DNA from: Marsupella aquatica
Lineage: Eukaryota; Plantae; Marchantiophyta
Direction of reading: 5' to 3'
DNA length: 64,000 nt
NCBI GenBank assembly: GCA_973895155.1
Contig: OZ316891.1
Location: forward strand, 7,433,808 to 7,497,807
Shown here: positions 10,039 to 21,300 of the stretch, in pieces
How the letters are laid out: each line of letters starts with the position of its first letter
Numbering within the stretch: position 1 is the first letter of the stretch
Program-made: the position numbers and the translations under genes
The notes under the pieces: model-generated
The model's database searches: none
What the model was told of the DNA's origin: nothing
Seen by the model: only the letters and a program-made list of their open reading frames with translations

Positions 10039-13000
10039 TCAGGAGGGCCCAGTTGGTTTTATGGGAGCATCAGACAGATAAACTTCCAAGTAACGAACTT
10101 CCTCCAGTTCAAATTCCAATGGCTGCAGGACTAGCGAAGAGGTCGAAAAATCCGAGGTGTACCCATCATCTGTTTGTGTTTCTCCAAAATGTGGTTCCGG
10201 AACCCAACTAACAGTCACCTTAGGCTTCCCAAATGAAAGCTCTTGAGATTGCCAATTAACCTGAACTTGAGCCTTATACAACCATGGTCGGCCTAACAAA
10301 ACAGGAAAGCTGGATGGTATTTCCGGATTAATAACCACATAATCCAACAGAAAAGGGACACCAGCAATCAAAGTTTCTACTTTGGTCAGCTTCCCTATGG
10401 GTACCACACGAGACTGATCCGCCATGCGCAAAATCTTGGGAGTGGGCTCAAACTTAGTGAAACCCAAATTAAATGCTGCTGACTGTGTAATCAGATTAAC
10501 GCTGGCTCCTCCATCCACAGGAACTCTCCGAATGACACACCCCTGGATTTGAACCTCAATTTCCATCGGTCCTTTGTCCTCCCACTCTGTTCGTAGCACA
10601 TCCACAGAAGGTAACTTCTTCTTCCTCCGTTTTCCTGCAAGGAGGCTCCTCAGCTGTCGCCTATAAACCGGATTGTCCTGTAATAATTCCCCAATGGTGA
10701 TATGTGCAGGATGATTCTTGACATCTTCAACAATATCATAACCTGGATTTTTCAGTGGCTCTTTAGCTTTGACTACTACTGGTGGGTTAGGAGATTGCAC
10801 TTGCTCCTTAACTAGCTCTTCCAAATGGTCTTTCACTTCCAAAGAGATGTCGGGCAAGAAGTATTTTGGGTCATATCGGTCATAAGCAGGGTCGTCTTCT
10901 TTGTCGAGGCCTTCCTTACATGGCTTGCGCCCTTCATCCTTGGGAGCTTTCGCGACCTTCTGATGCTCGTGCTTCTTGGTCTCCTTTTTCTTCGAACGAG
11001 TAGTTGCGTAAATATTAGTCAGAACTTTATCCCGATTCTGAACTCGATCATTCGGCATACCAACTACTTCAGGTTTCACTAAATGACTTACCAAGACATC
11101 AGGCACCACCCCGGATACTGGTTGATGAAAAAGTGAATCTGGCTTTAATTCCACCCGATTTACATCCATATGTTGAATGAAGCTGCATTGCTCCATCTCT
11201 TCAGAATAAACCATCCGAATCTTGGCTTCAGGTCGACTTGCTTCTTTAACTGGCTCTTGAGCAAATCGAACCATCAGCCTAGGCTTAGCCGGATTCGGGC
11301 ATTCCACCGGTAAGTGTCCTTCTTTTCCACAGTTCCCACAGACAGGTGTATACCCCACCTCCTGTTTGGGATAAGGGCACTGGGGTGAATAATGATCAGG
11401 TTGGCCACAATTCCAACAAGCCCCTTTTTGACGCGGCATTCCTCGTGGTGGGTATCCTCCCGGGGGTCCCATGGGTGGTCTTGACGTTGGTTTATTGAAA
11501 GTGGGCTTAGGTGGTCCCCAAGTCGGTCTGGAAGCAGGAGGTGGTGGGAAATACTGTCCAGGGGGTGCTGTTTGGACGGTATACGCGGGATCGTACTCAT
11601 ACTCCTCAGCCTCTTCTTGACCATCTACATAATTCACCGGGGTTCGTAATGTGGGGCACTCGTTCGGGTAATGGCCCTGCTGACTGCATCGGGTGCACCA
11701 TACGTTCATTCTCATGGGAGCAGGCAACCTTCGTACTGGTTTTACCGCGGCGATATTGACATTCAACTTGGACAATTGGCCAGAGAGTTCTTCCATCATG
11801 CGATCCATCTTCTTCTGGTTGGGAACTTTATTATTCCCTTTTACAGAGGATTTCTTCTTTTTAGGAGCAACGGATTCTGAGTCGGAACTTGAGCTTGAAC
11901 TATCACTAGTGCTCGAATTTGTACTCTCGTCCTCCTCACTAGTGCTACTTTCACTTGATTCCGTCTCCGAGTCAGATTTAGACCTGGACGTTTTCTTCTT
12001 CTTTCTTTTGTCTTTCTTCAGGTCCTTCTTAACTCGTTTTCTCTCTGAAATCTCCGAGTCTACGTACTTCTGGGCTGCCTCTTGTACTTCTTCCAAAGTG
12101 GTGCCACCTTCTCGTCTCACGTAACGAGCAATCCTGGAGGGTAAACCGTTAATAAACCAGTCCTTGATAGTAGATTTCGAGGTAGCTGGATTATATTGAT
12201 CTACCAAATCCAATAATTTGTCCGCATATTTCCTCACAGACCCATGTTTCTTCATGTGCAGATGTGAGATTCGGGCAAAGGCACGCGCAGCTGCTCCTTC
12301 TTCTTTATATTTGGCCAAGAAAGCAGCCTTCAATTTCCCCCAATCCTGCTTGTCCGGAAAACGGTCATACCATTTCTGAGCACCCTTTTTCATTAGACCA
12401 CCAAACAGATTGGCTTTTTCAGCGTCTTGACTCTGTCCATTGGATGCAGCTGCAGCTTCAAATTCTTTCAAATACACCTCTGCATCCTCCTTGGAAGTAC
12501 CGAAGAACCGGTCGTACCTCACATTATTTCGAGCCATCGTGGTTGGAGCTAGGAGGGTAACGAAAGGAAGAGCTGATCGGGTAGCAAATGGGTTTGGGCT
12601 GCCCAAGCCTGAACTGCTGCTTGTCTCACTAGAAGACGAACCACCGGCTTCACTCAGTGGTTCTGGATTATCCAATTGTGAAAGATCGACAGAATTATCT
12701 TGGGCCAGCGATTCTGCAACTGTATTCTCGGGCAAACCCAAATTTCTTCCTTCGGTATGAGATAAGGCCCTCTCAGTGGTACTATCCACACCAGAGTCAA
12801 TTTGGTTCACCGAACGTACTGTCTGCTGGCGGAGCTTGGTCTTTTGAGAACCAATAAGTTTTGGACCTGAACGAAGATTTACAAACAGGGGTCGGGTCGA
12901 CGTGGGCCTTTCCAAAGAGCCACTTGCCTCTTGAATAGATCCCACTTGTTTCCACACACTACCCGGTGCAGGTGCTCCTGGTGACTGGAATTCGGGTAAC

Positions 13001-13092
13001 AATGTGCGAGGGGTCACTACTAATTTTGCAGCATCCGAATTACTGGAGGTCTTGGTAGGTTTTCTTTTATTCGGTGGATCTCCCTCAGACAT
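10039..13092 (-). CDS. gag: Gag plus aspartic protease, 1017 aa
   Basis: Retrotransposon gag core (A.KWY...W..LK.AFL), three CX2CX4HX4C knuckles, and protease motifs VDGGASVNLI...LLGRPWL. Confidence 0.92.
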   Translation of the reverse strand: MSEGDPPNKRKPTKTSSNSDAAKLVVTPRTLLPEFQSPGAPAPGSVWKQVGSIQEASGSLERPTSTRPLFVNLRSGPKLIGSQKTKLRQQTVRSVNQIDSGVDSTTERALSHTEGRNLGLPENTVAESLAQDNSVDLSQLDNPEPLSEAGGSSSSETSSSSGLGSPNPFATRSALPFVTLLAPTTMARNNVRYDRFFGTSKEDAEVYLKEFEAAAASNGQSQDAEKANLFGGLMKKGAQKWYDRFPDKQDWGKLKAAFLAKYKEEGAAARAFARISHLHMKKHGSVRKYADKLLDLVDQYNPATSKSTIKDWFINGLPSRIARYVRREGGTTLEEVQEAAQKYVDSEISERKRVKKDLKKDKRKKKKTSRSKSDSETESSESSTSEEDESTNSSTSDSSSSSSDSESVAPKKKKSSVKGNNKVPNQKKMDRMMEELSGQLSKLNVNIAAVKPVRRLPAPMRMNVWCTRCSQQGHYPNECPTLRTPVNYVDGQEEAEEYEYDPAYTVQTAPPGQYFPPPPASRPTWGPPKPTFNKPTSRPPMGPPGGYPPRGMPRQKGACWNCGQPDHYSPQCPYPKQEVGYTPVCGNCGKEGHLPVECPNPAKPRLMVRFAQEPVKEASRPEAKIRMVYSEEMEQCSFIQHMDVNRVELKPDSLFHQPVSGVVPDVLVSHLVKPEVVGMPNDRVQNRDKVLTNIYATTRSKKKETKKHEHQKVAKAPKDEGRKPCKEGLDKEDDPAYDRYDPKYFLPDISLEVKDHLEELVKEQVQSPNPPVVVKAKEPLKNPGYDIVEDVKNHPAHITIGELLQDNPVYRRQLRSLLAGKRRKKKLPSVDVLRTEWEDKGPMEIEVQIQGCVIRRVPVDGGASVNLITQSAAFNLGFTKFEPTPKILRMADQSRVVPIGKLTKVETLIAGVPFLLDYVVINPEIPSSFPVLLGRPWLYKAQVQVNWQSQELSFGKPKVTVSWVPEPHFGETQTDDGYTSDFSTSSLVLQPLEFELEEVRYLEVYLSDAPIKPTGPS

Positions 13093-14286
13093 CCCTCATT
13101 CTCCAAGCACGGGTGATTTTGAGACACCAGACCCGCTCCTCAGGAGTCTTTATGCAAGGAGTCACCATTTAGGTGCGACGTTATCACCCCACTCCGGGAG
13201 ATATGAACCTGCTTCCTCAAAGTGACTTCCCGTAGCGTCGTTCAACATCCCTTGCATGATTCCTCCCCCTTGCTATCCCGTAGCTAATACTTCCCTTCAG
13301 TGACCAGCCGAGATTCTAAAACCTCGTTTTCTCTGGTGCGTCCTTCAGGTTGAGACGCGGAAAGGCACACCAGAAGCGTCGCGCACGTTGGTTCGTCACA
13401 GATTCCTCCGGACGCTGCTCACAGCGTCCACTGGGATCGGACGCTACTCGAAGCGTCCTGACTTGCGGAATCTTCTGGGACGAATCGCATTGGACGCTCT
13501 TCGCGGCGTCCTTCCTTATCTCCTTTACGGTGGCGATTACTGGAACCGGGCGTTCCCCATAATCTCCGACTTCCTTCACCCTGAAATTTCTTTACCACAT
13601 GGTACGCTACACTAGGCCATCCTACTAATCAGACGTCTAACTCCTTCCTAATCTTCTACGCAATTCCTGGTGCATGATTCTTTCCGCTAACTCCCGAATG
13701 GAAATGACTAAATATCTCTCCTGTGTGATCCTACCATTCAGCCTTAATATTACTAAATGCAAACTTTCATCTTCCCACCAGGTGATAGTTAACCAATGTA
13801 TGCCATTCCTCCCTCTCAGGCTCAGAACCCAAGAATTAACATAACGATTCCTCAAATTCCTAATTCTTAATGTTCCCAAAGATCGGATAGGTGGCATCGG
13901 TCACACGAACCAGGATGGTTGGACAATTTTACAAATCATACGTCCCGAGCAACGTTAGAATAACTTCACTTGTCACTCAAAGTGTCTTTGGTGTCTTCGA
14001 CTATCTCCAAAGCAACTTGACGAGCAACAGCTCCTCTCTGTGAGGCCTTTTCTAGTGGGAGGGCGGTTTCTTCTCTTAAGTTTGGTACCACAAATTTTTC
14101 CAATACTCTTAAGAGAGCTTCCGGGGCGCTTTGGATAGAGTATGGCATCACCTCGAAATGGAAGCTCTTCATCTTTTTAACTGGAGTGATGACGCATCTT
14201 CACAATTATAGTAGAACGTGAATTCCTCTCCCGTCTAGCTCCTTCTGGCATACACTGCCTGTACGTCAATTCAATCTTAAATTCGT

Positions 14287-14304
14287 TCCCCGGCAGCGGC
14301 GCCA
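14287..14304 (-). promoter_or_regulatory. Primer binding site, tRNA-Asp/Athila type
   Basis: Minus strand TGGCGCCGCTGCCGGGGA, 6 nt downstream of the 5' LTR; resembles the Athila PBS TGGCGCCGTTGCCGGGGA. Confidence 0.85.
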
Positions 14305-14310
14305 AAAAGA

Positions 14311-15701
14311 TGTCGTATAGTGCTAAGTATCAAAAGTGACTCTTCTCACCTAAAACCAGGGTTTCGATCCCTTTAAGAACAGATTTCAGAATGAATTGTA
14401 TAACTTTTATCACTCCGAGTGATTTAGAGTCTTGAGCTCTATGTTGACTTCACTTCTCAATAAAAAAAATCGAATAAACAAACAACAAAGTAACTGAACT
14501 TCTGATTTATGAATTAGAGAAGAAATGAGTAAGGATTTAGAGACTACAAGCTGCTACTGCCACTCCTTCAGAAAGGATTTGGGCTCAGTATAGACATGAA
14601 ATCTATCTCATAATTCATCCATCTCACTCTTCAAAACACAAAGGTTAATGATAATGGAATTCTCAATCTGATGAAGCAGAAGCTTTCTGATTGCAAATGA
14701 ATGATATGATTTAAAATGCCGTCAACATGGTTTGACATCAGCGATACGCAATTCAGTCAAACTCTAAACCATATTCCAGAATCAAAGCAACAGTACTAAC
14801 TACTCTGAGAATCAGAATTTACTTCTCATTTATCATTAACTATTCTTGAATTGGCTAGCGAATCCCGACTCTGCAAGCAAGCCTAGCAGTGAATTCAATA
14901 CGAGTTTCAGAAATCTGCAACTGAATTCAATCACCACAGGAATCTCTTGAATTCAATCTTAACTTCAATCAATATAGCTTTACTTCCATACAAAACACTC
15001 ACAGCATGCCTTGTTACAATGGAAGGAGGAGAAAACTATTCAGAAGACTCAATTCTGAATACAGTATTAACTCTATTTCTCTCTACTTCAAATGAGCATT
15101 CTACTCTGTCTTATAAGTGCTGGAATCCTAAAATGGAGGAGGTAAGAACAGACGTGCCTTTCCAAGCTTAAAACTAAACAAGGGAGAAGCACAGCATAAG
15201 TACTTCAACAAGGGTGGTAGAATACTACTTTACTAGTAATCTACTTCAAAAACTAAGTGTTGAGCGGACGCTGCTAGAAGCGTCGGGAGAATCTGGACGC
15301 TGCTAGAAGCGTCTTAAGTAAAACCAACGGACGCTGCTCACACTGCTCACAGCGTCAATACTAGGGTGGACGCTGCTCACAGCGTCGTGTGTTGAAGCTG
15401 ACGCTTTCCACAGCGTCGGTCGAAATCCTCATAGAGTCTTGGTGGCGGTCGGGCGCTGCCAAAAGCGTCATGAGGAGGTTGGACGCTTCCGCAGCGTCTT
15501 GAGTAAAAGAAACGGGCGCTGGTCACAGCGTCGGGCAAAGTACACTAGGAATCGTCAGGAAAGCCGGAGATGTCAAATATTTCTATAAGTGTCCAGAACA
15601 AGTAAATGTTGGCCGGAAGGTGTCTAAAGTGTAAGTAAATCTTGTGATATGCTAAAAATAAACAAGTTTCCAGAAAAAATTGCAGGGACACCCATACCAC
15701 A
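14311..15701 (-). repeat. 5' LTR (1391 bp)
   Basis: Direct repeat of 2149-3539, adjacent to the PBS. Confidence 0.96.
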
Positions 15702-15706
15702 CTTGC

Positions 15707-17671
15707 CTTGTGCCTTTTCAAGAAATACTGCGAGCTTCTAGTTTCGAGTGTTCCCCGTCAACATCAAAAATAGTTTGAAGATGCTCTGGAGGAGGTTACT
15801 GCTAGGAAACCGAGAGGTTTTGATGGAAGGTGGCCTAAACAACCTTTTGAAAGATTGGGATACTTCAAGGCTGAAGAGTTCACGCGATTCATATTGTATT
15901 GTCTGCCTCATATCCTCCAACAGATGGACATTAGTGTCCACTCTGACCTTGGGACGCTTGGGATTCTTTTGGTAGAGATTGCACGCCTCTTTTATATCAG
16001 AAGTAGACAAGAGGGTTGGACTACAGCCACATTGAAAAAAGGCAGGTCTCTACTGGCTTCTTGGAGAGTTCGCTCAGAAGAGGCTTGGGGCCCAAATGGA
16101 GCAATTCTAGAGCATGTTGCTGGTGAGTCATTTTGTTTACACTTGCTACATGACCATGATGACAGTGGGTATTCATTGTTGGTCAATCCATCATTGCACT
16201 GAGGTGATGTTCTAATCCCAATGTGTTTTGATCCCAATTTTTAGGGAGCGGAGAGATATTTGATGGGATAGAACGACATGGCCCACACTATGTTTATTGG
16301 TGCTACCGCTTCGAGAGGATGGTATCAGACTATGGACGCACCAAAACAAATCAGAAGGACCAGGAAGTCACTTATTCTCTTCATTTTGCACGACGCTTTT
16401 TCAAAAAAATATCGTCGTACATTTGGGAAGATGACGATGGACTTTTCCCTCATCAGAGGGCTTTGGAGAAAGTTCATGCATCCCTACGTGTCCCTGCGGA
16501 GCATCGTAAGGAGCACAGGTGCAGAGTCACTGTACCACCATCTGAATGCCCACACTGGCACGGGAATTCGGTGCCAATAGTTTCAAGTCAAATTCTAGCG
16601 ATGGAATTGTGGGATAGTATGATATCCTCTGTGGAGTCATATGGTTGCAAGCACATGTTGTTGAGCAAAGGGGTTGGCATAGGCTCAAACAGGAAGCTGA
16701 CAAAGAAACTGGGGCTGTCCGCCAGGATGTCATTGAAGTAGCATTGGACAGATGTTGGAGTATTCAACATCAGTGAGGACCACAAAATTAGTGAATCTTG
16801 CACTCCATTGCGATCAGCTGTGTGGAGAGCTTAAGTGTACAGGCCTGGCAATCACGTTGTTGTACTGGTAGATGGGAGTACAGATGCTTCACATCCTCAA
16901 AACTGGAAAGCAGTACTCCAAAAGATTTTCATGCACGAATTCGATGGCCACATGGACATATTCTTTGAGGCGGATTGGTATAAACAACAGTATACACAGG
17001 ATCCTCGGCAAAATTTACTGTCTTGGGAACGAGATGAGTATTCCCTGTTTACTCTTTTGGAACCAAAAGTATATCACGCACATGGCAACAACTGTAGGCC
17101 TATGTCAAGAATTCTACATAAGTTCTTCCCAATTCGAAGAGGTGGGAGGGAGGTTGTAGCCTTGGAGATTGGAGATACTTTAGTATGGGAACTCCCTACC
17201 ACAATTGCAAACTGCCCTCCTTTCCCAGAGGTAGGGGACATAATGACTGCAATAGCGGACTCACTTTCCGTCCCTGACCTGTGTGTTGTAAGGGAAGTCC
17301 TCCTTCCCAGGCGCGATGCGGCAACGGAAATGCAAGCGGGGGATGTAGGAGTGGACGGTGCTTCTGACGGGGAGGAGGAGGAGGAGGAGGGAGGGGATGA
17401 CATGGCAGAATCGCACAATGCAAATGATACTGAGAAGGACCTCGGGAAGGTTGGTGTGAGCTGGTTGTCTGTACAGGGTTCTCGGTCAAGTTGCCCAATC
17501 TACAAGGCAGTGTCACAAATTGATGAACACATCACCTTTCAAAGATTAGTTGCGTTGAGGCTTGATTTTCGTGCAATTGGACTTCACCATGGTATCCCTG
17601 TACGGTGGAATACCATGGAAAGTCCCAAGTACAAAAAAAAGAAAGATACTATGGGATATGACAACACTTGA
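15707..17671 (+). pseudogene. CACTA/CMC transposase, 3' part, with a BAH-like C-terminal segment
   Basis: Removing the Gypsy and one TSD copy restores DTMHILALCLFKKY...GYFKAEEF. After intron ~16122-16244 comes HGPHYVYWCYRFER, the CACTA WMYPFER-type motif. In-frame stops at 15771, 16739 and 16832. Confidence 0.8.
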
Positions 17672-18356
17672 GAGGCGCCGTTTTGTCAATAACCAAATAC
17701 TGACCAGGATGCAGACCGTAGGATGTATGAGATGCAGGTCAGATGTGAGCCTGTGATGGTGACACTATGGTGCTTCGCACGGGGTATGATCGGGGACGAC
17801 ACGGGTCACAAATATCATTGGATTCTGGGTCGGACGTGACATAATGGATGGGTATTACCAGGTTACTTGGGAACGTGATAAAATGTACGTTGGGGGAGTG
17901 AAAGGGCGGTGCCACCGATCGGAGACAGAATCTTTGTTGTGAGATCTACTACTGAAACTGTAGTGACTAAATGATGCATGCCACTACGCACATGAACGCC
18001 CTATGAGGAATTCCTTATAAGCTTTGGGCAATGGTGCGAGCTCCTGAGCTCCACTCTTTGATTGTGTAGGTTTCGTAAATCTTTGTGGCTGACAAGTCTG
18101 CCATTGGATAACACTTGGGGTGTTAGCGACGGAAGCAAGTATCGACGAGCACGGGGTGACATTGGAGGATTGGTGAAAGTATGGTTCGTCGACATGATTG
18201 TCCAGTGCCGGTCGCATTGTTGATGCAGAGCGACAAGGATATCACAGATCGTATGTACCCCTCTTTCACTCAACTCCTTTGGTTCTTAATTCCGCATGAA
18301 GTATATTGATCGATTGTTAGAATGGCGCAACTAAGGCCTGCTTTGTTTGTACAGTC

Positions 18357-21300
18357 GTGACGGAGACAATTTGGAAGTCATGCTCGGGGAGGGTACTACG
18401 GCATTATCTAGGGATGGCCCCTACAGACCATAATTTAGCTAGAAAAGCTGGTTTGGTTCCATGTTTTGAACTCGACTGGCCCAGAGTTGCAATTCCTGCT
18501 ATAAAGGAGTTCGCAGTAGGGTATGATCAAGGTCAAAACTGTGTGTCATTCCGGGGTGCAACTTACACATTCAACAGAGAGGTATTGCGAGCTGCATTTG
18601 CCCTTCCGTCTGGAGAATGGGCCCGATTTAAACCTGGGTTGGTCCAAGGTCAACTAAATTCCATGTTTTGTGCCAAGACGAAAGGCAATCCATATAGTCT
18701 AGACAAAATCACTGCGCCATATATGCAGTGGTGTGGGATAATTAGGGCGATTTCTGAATTGCTCTTAGGCAAGAGAAAACCCACTCAAGTCACCTCAAAA
18801 GACATGTGGGTATACTGGGCGTATTGGTGGGATATGATTAGGGTACATGATCATTTTAGAGGAGCTGAAACTCCCGTGGTGAAGCCCGATTGGGCACATT
18901 TGGTGTACGATAATCTGATGAGTGAGATCCTCAGGTTAAAGTCACACCTATCGAAGAATGGTGTCGTAGACAAACGACTTCCTTGCTACTGGGGCACTGC
19001 TATAACGCAGATTCTTGTACACTACGGGTATTCACTGGAGGAGCTTATGGTTGAACAACACGAAGATGATCATGAGGAGGACGACAAGGAGGAAGGGGAC
19101 AATGGCTCACAAGAGGACAAGGACGGGGACAGTGGCTCAAAGGAGGACGAGGAAGGGGATGACGGATCACGAGAGGACGAGGAAGGAGAAGATGGCTCAC
19201 GAGAGGACGAGGAAGGGGATGGTGCGTCTGACGGTGAGGGGCAGCCATCGGAGGTTGCACCCCAATTCTCCAGGGATGAACAAAAATGTCCTCAGGGTGA
19301 GCACAAATCGCCGCCCTCTGTGCCAGAGTGCATGCGTGTTCTATCATAGCACATACGTGCGCTAGAGGTTGATCTTGCAGAAAAATCGGACATGCTACGA
19401 GAAGCAGTGGAGAATCATAAAAAAATGGTCCTCGATTTGATGAAAGAAAACGACAGACAGAGAGTCCGCATATTAGAATTGGAAAGGCAGGTTGGGTTGC
19501 ATTCAGAACAAGTTGGCAGTAAGACATCGAGTGGATAAGGTGAGAGCGGAGGTGACGAGAGATGTTGTGAGGTTCTGGTAGGTCTTGGTGCTAGGGTACA
19601 TGCAGGTTATGATGCAGAGGCATCACAGCGTAGCCCAATTTCAGAGTTACCGCCAATTTCTGGTGTTCCAGCTATAGTAGAGGTACCAACAGCACCACCA
19701 GCAGAAGCAGGTACTTTCCCAATTTATTATCCTGGTGTTCCAGCTATAGTAGAGGTACCAGTAGCAGCACCAGCAGAAGCAGGTACTTTCCCAATTCATT
19801 ATCCTACTTCAAAGATACAGCGAGAGGATTCTATGTCGAGTGGAGGTGACTCACCAGTTTTGGTAGAGTTATAGGCAGTCGCACCACCAGTACTGGCAGA
19901 GGTACCGGCATCAGAAGAAGAGATGTCACTTTTAGAAGGAGAGGCACCAAATGTTGCACCAACATCAAAAGTAGAGGTCTCAGCTACAGAGGAGGACAAA
20001 TCGTCGGGTGCAATTGCATTAGAAGTACCAGGGTCACCTCCGATTTCTGTTCTATTTCATGTTCCAACTAAGAGTCCGGGATGGGAGGCTAGGACGAGTC
20101 ACATTTCACGACAACCAAATTTTCCTCGTGCTTCAAAGAGAGGGCGAGAGGACTCTATTCCGAGTGGCAGTCACTCACCAGCAAAGAGGAGGGCTATCGA
20201 AGTGGAGGAAGAGGAAGAGGTAGAGGAAGAAGAAGAAGAAGATGAAGTGGAGGATGACGAGCATTCAGAACAAGACATTCACTGGGAAGAGTGTGCCACA
20301 GAGAGTGGAAAGGTTAGCAATTTTTTTTCCTTTGTTGTGTGATTACTGTTTTTTCAGAAACAATGTTCAAGCATATCTAACTTGGCTGTGAGCGGGATCC
20401 GCAGATTGATATCCAAGGGTCTCACTTGACAGAGGAGGCATGCCCTCCACCTGGTACAATGACTACAGCTCTATATCCACACCAACGGATTGGTCTTGCA
20501 TGGATGTTGGAACGCGAATCCGGAAAAAGCTCTCCAATTGGTGGGATGTTGGCAGATGACCAGGTACAAAAGCCCCCAAATTAAGCCGAAGTCGCACTCA
20601 TTATTTTCATTCAGCGAGATACTTTGGGGGTATTTTTGGAGTATGTTAGGGGTACGCGCGCACCTTGTCTGCAAGTGAGTGGGTCCCTGACCATTTTCTT
20701 GGCTTGGATTTTTTTAGGGAATGGGGAAAACCATGCATGTCATAGTACTATTTCTCGCGAATCGCCCTCATAAGTGTGGGCCAACTCTAGTTGTTTGTCC
20801 AGCCAGTGTGGTGATTCAATGGGGCCAAGAAATAGCTGCAAGGACCTCCAAGCTAGCAAAAGTGAAGGTCCTCCTCTACCACAACAAGAGGAATAAAGAC
20901 ATCAACTTTATTTCAAGCCATGACGTGGTTGTCACTACGTACTCAATCATGACAGGGGAGTCTCCCATTGCTCCAAAGACGTCCAGCGTGCCAAAAGGGA
21001 GTATGAAGAGACCTGTAAAAAAACCTAGACTTGCAGGTCCACTGTTTAAGATTAATTGGCTTAGAGTAGTCCTGGATGAGTGTCATGTCATGAAAAATAA
21101 AACTAGTCAAAATTTCAAGACCTCGCGTTGTCTCAAGGCAGAGAGGAGGTGGTGCCTAAGCGGTACACCCATACAGAACGAGGCTTCTGATCTGTTTCCT
21201 TACTTCAGTTTTCTGAGGTATTATCCTCTAGGAGAGTGGAAGGAATTCTTGCAGTTAAAGAAGCTGCTGAAGACAAGGCCAAAGATAGCGAATGGCATCC

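Larger units (their letters stand above)
2149..15701 (-). mobile_element. Full-length young Ty3/Gypsy LTR retrotransposon, non-chromovirus, Athila-like
   Basis: Two 1391-bp TG...CA LTRs, TSD, PBS, PPT, domain order gag-PR-RT-RH-INT, no chromodomain, extra ORFs between pol and the 3' LTR. Confidence 0.96.
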
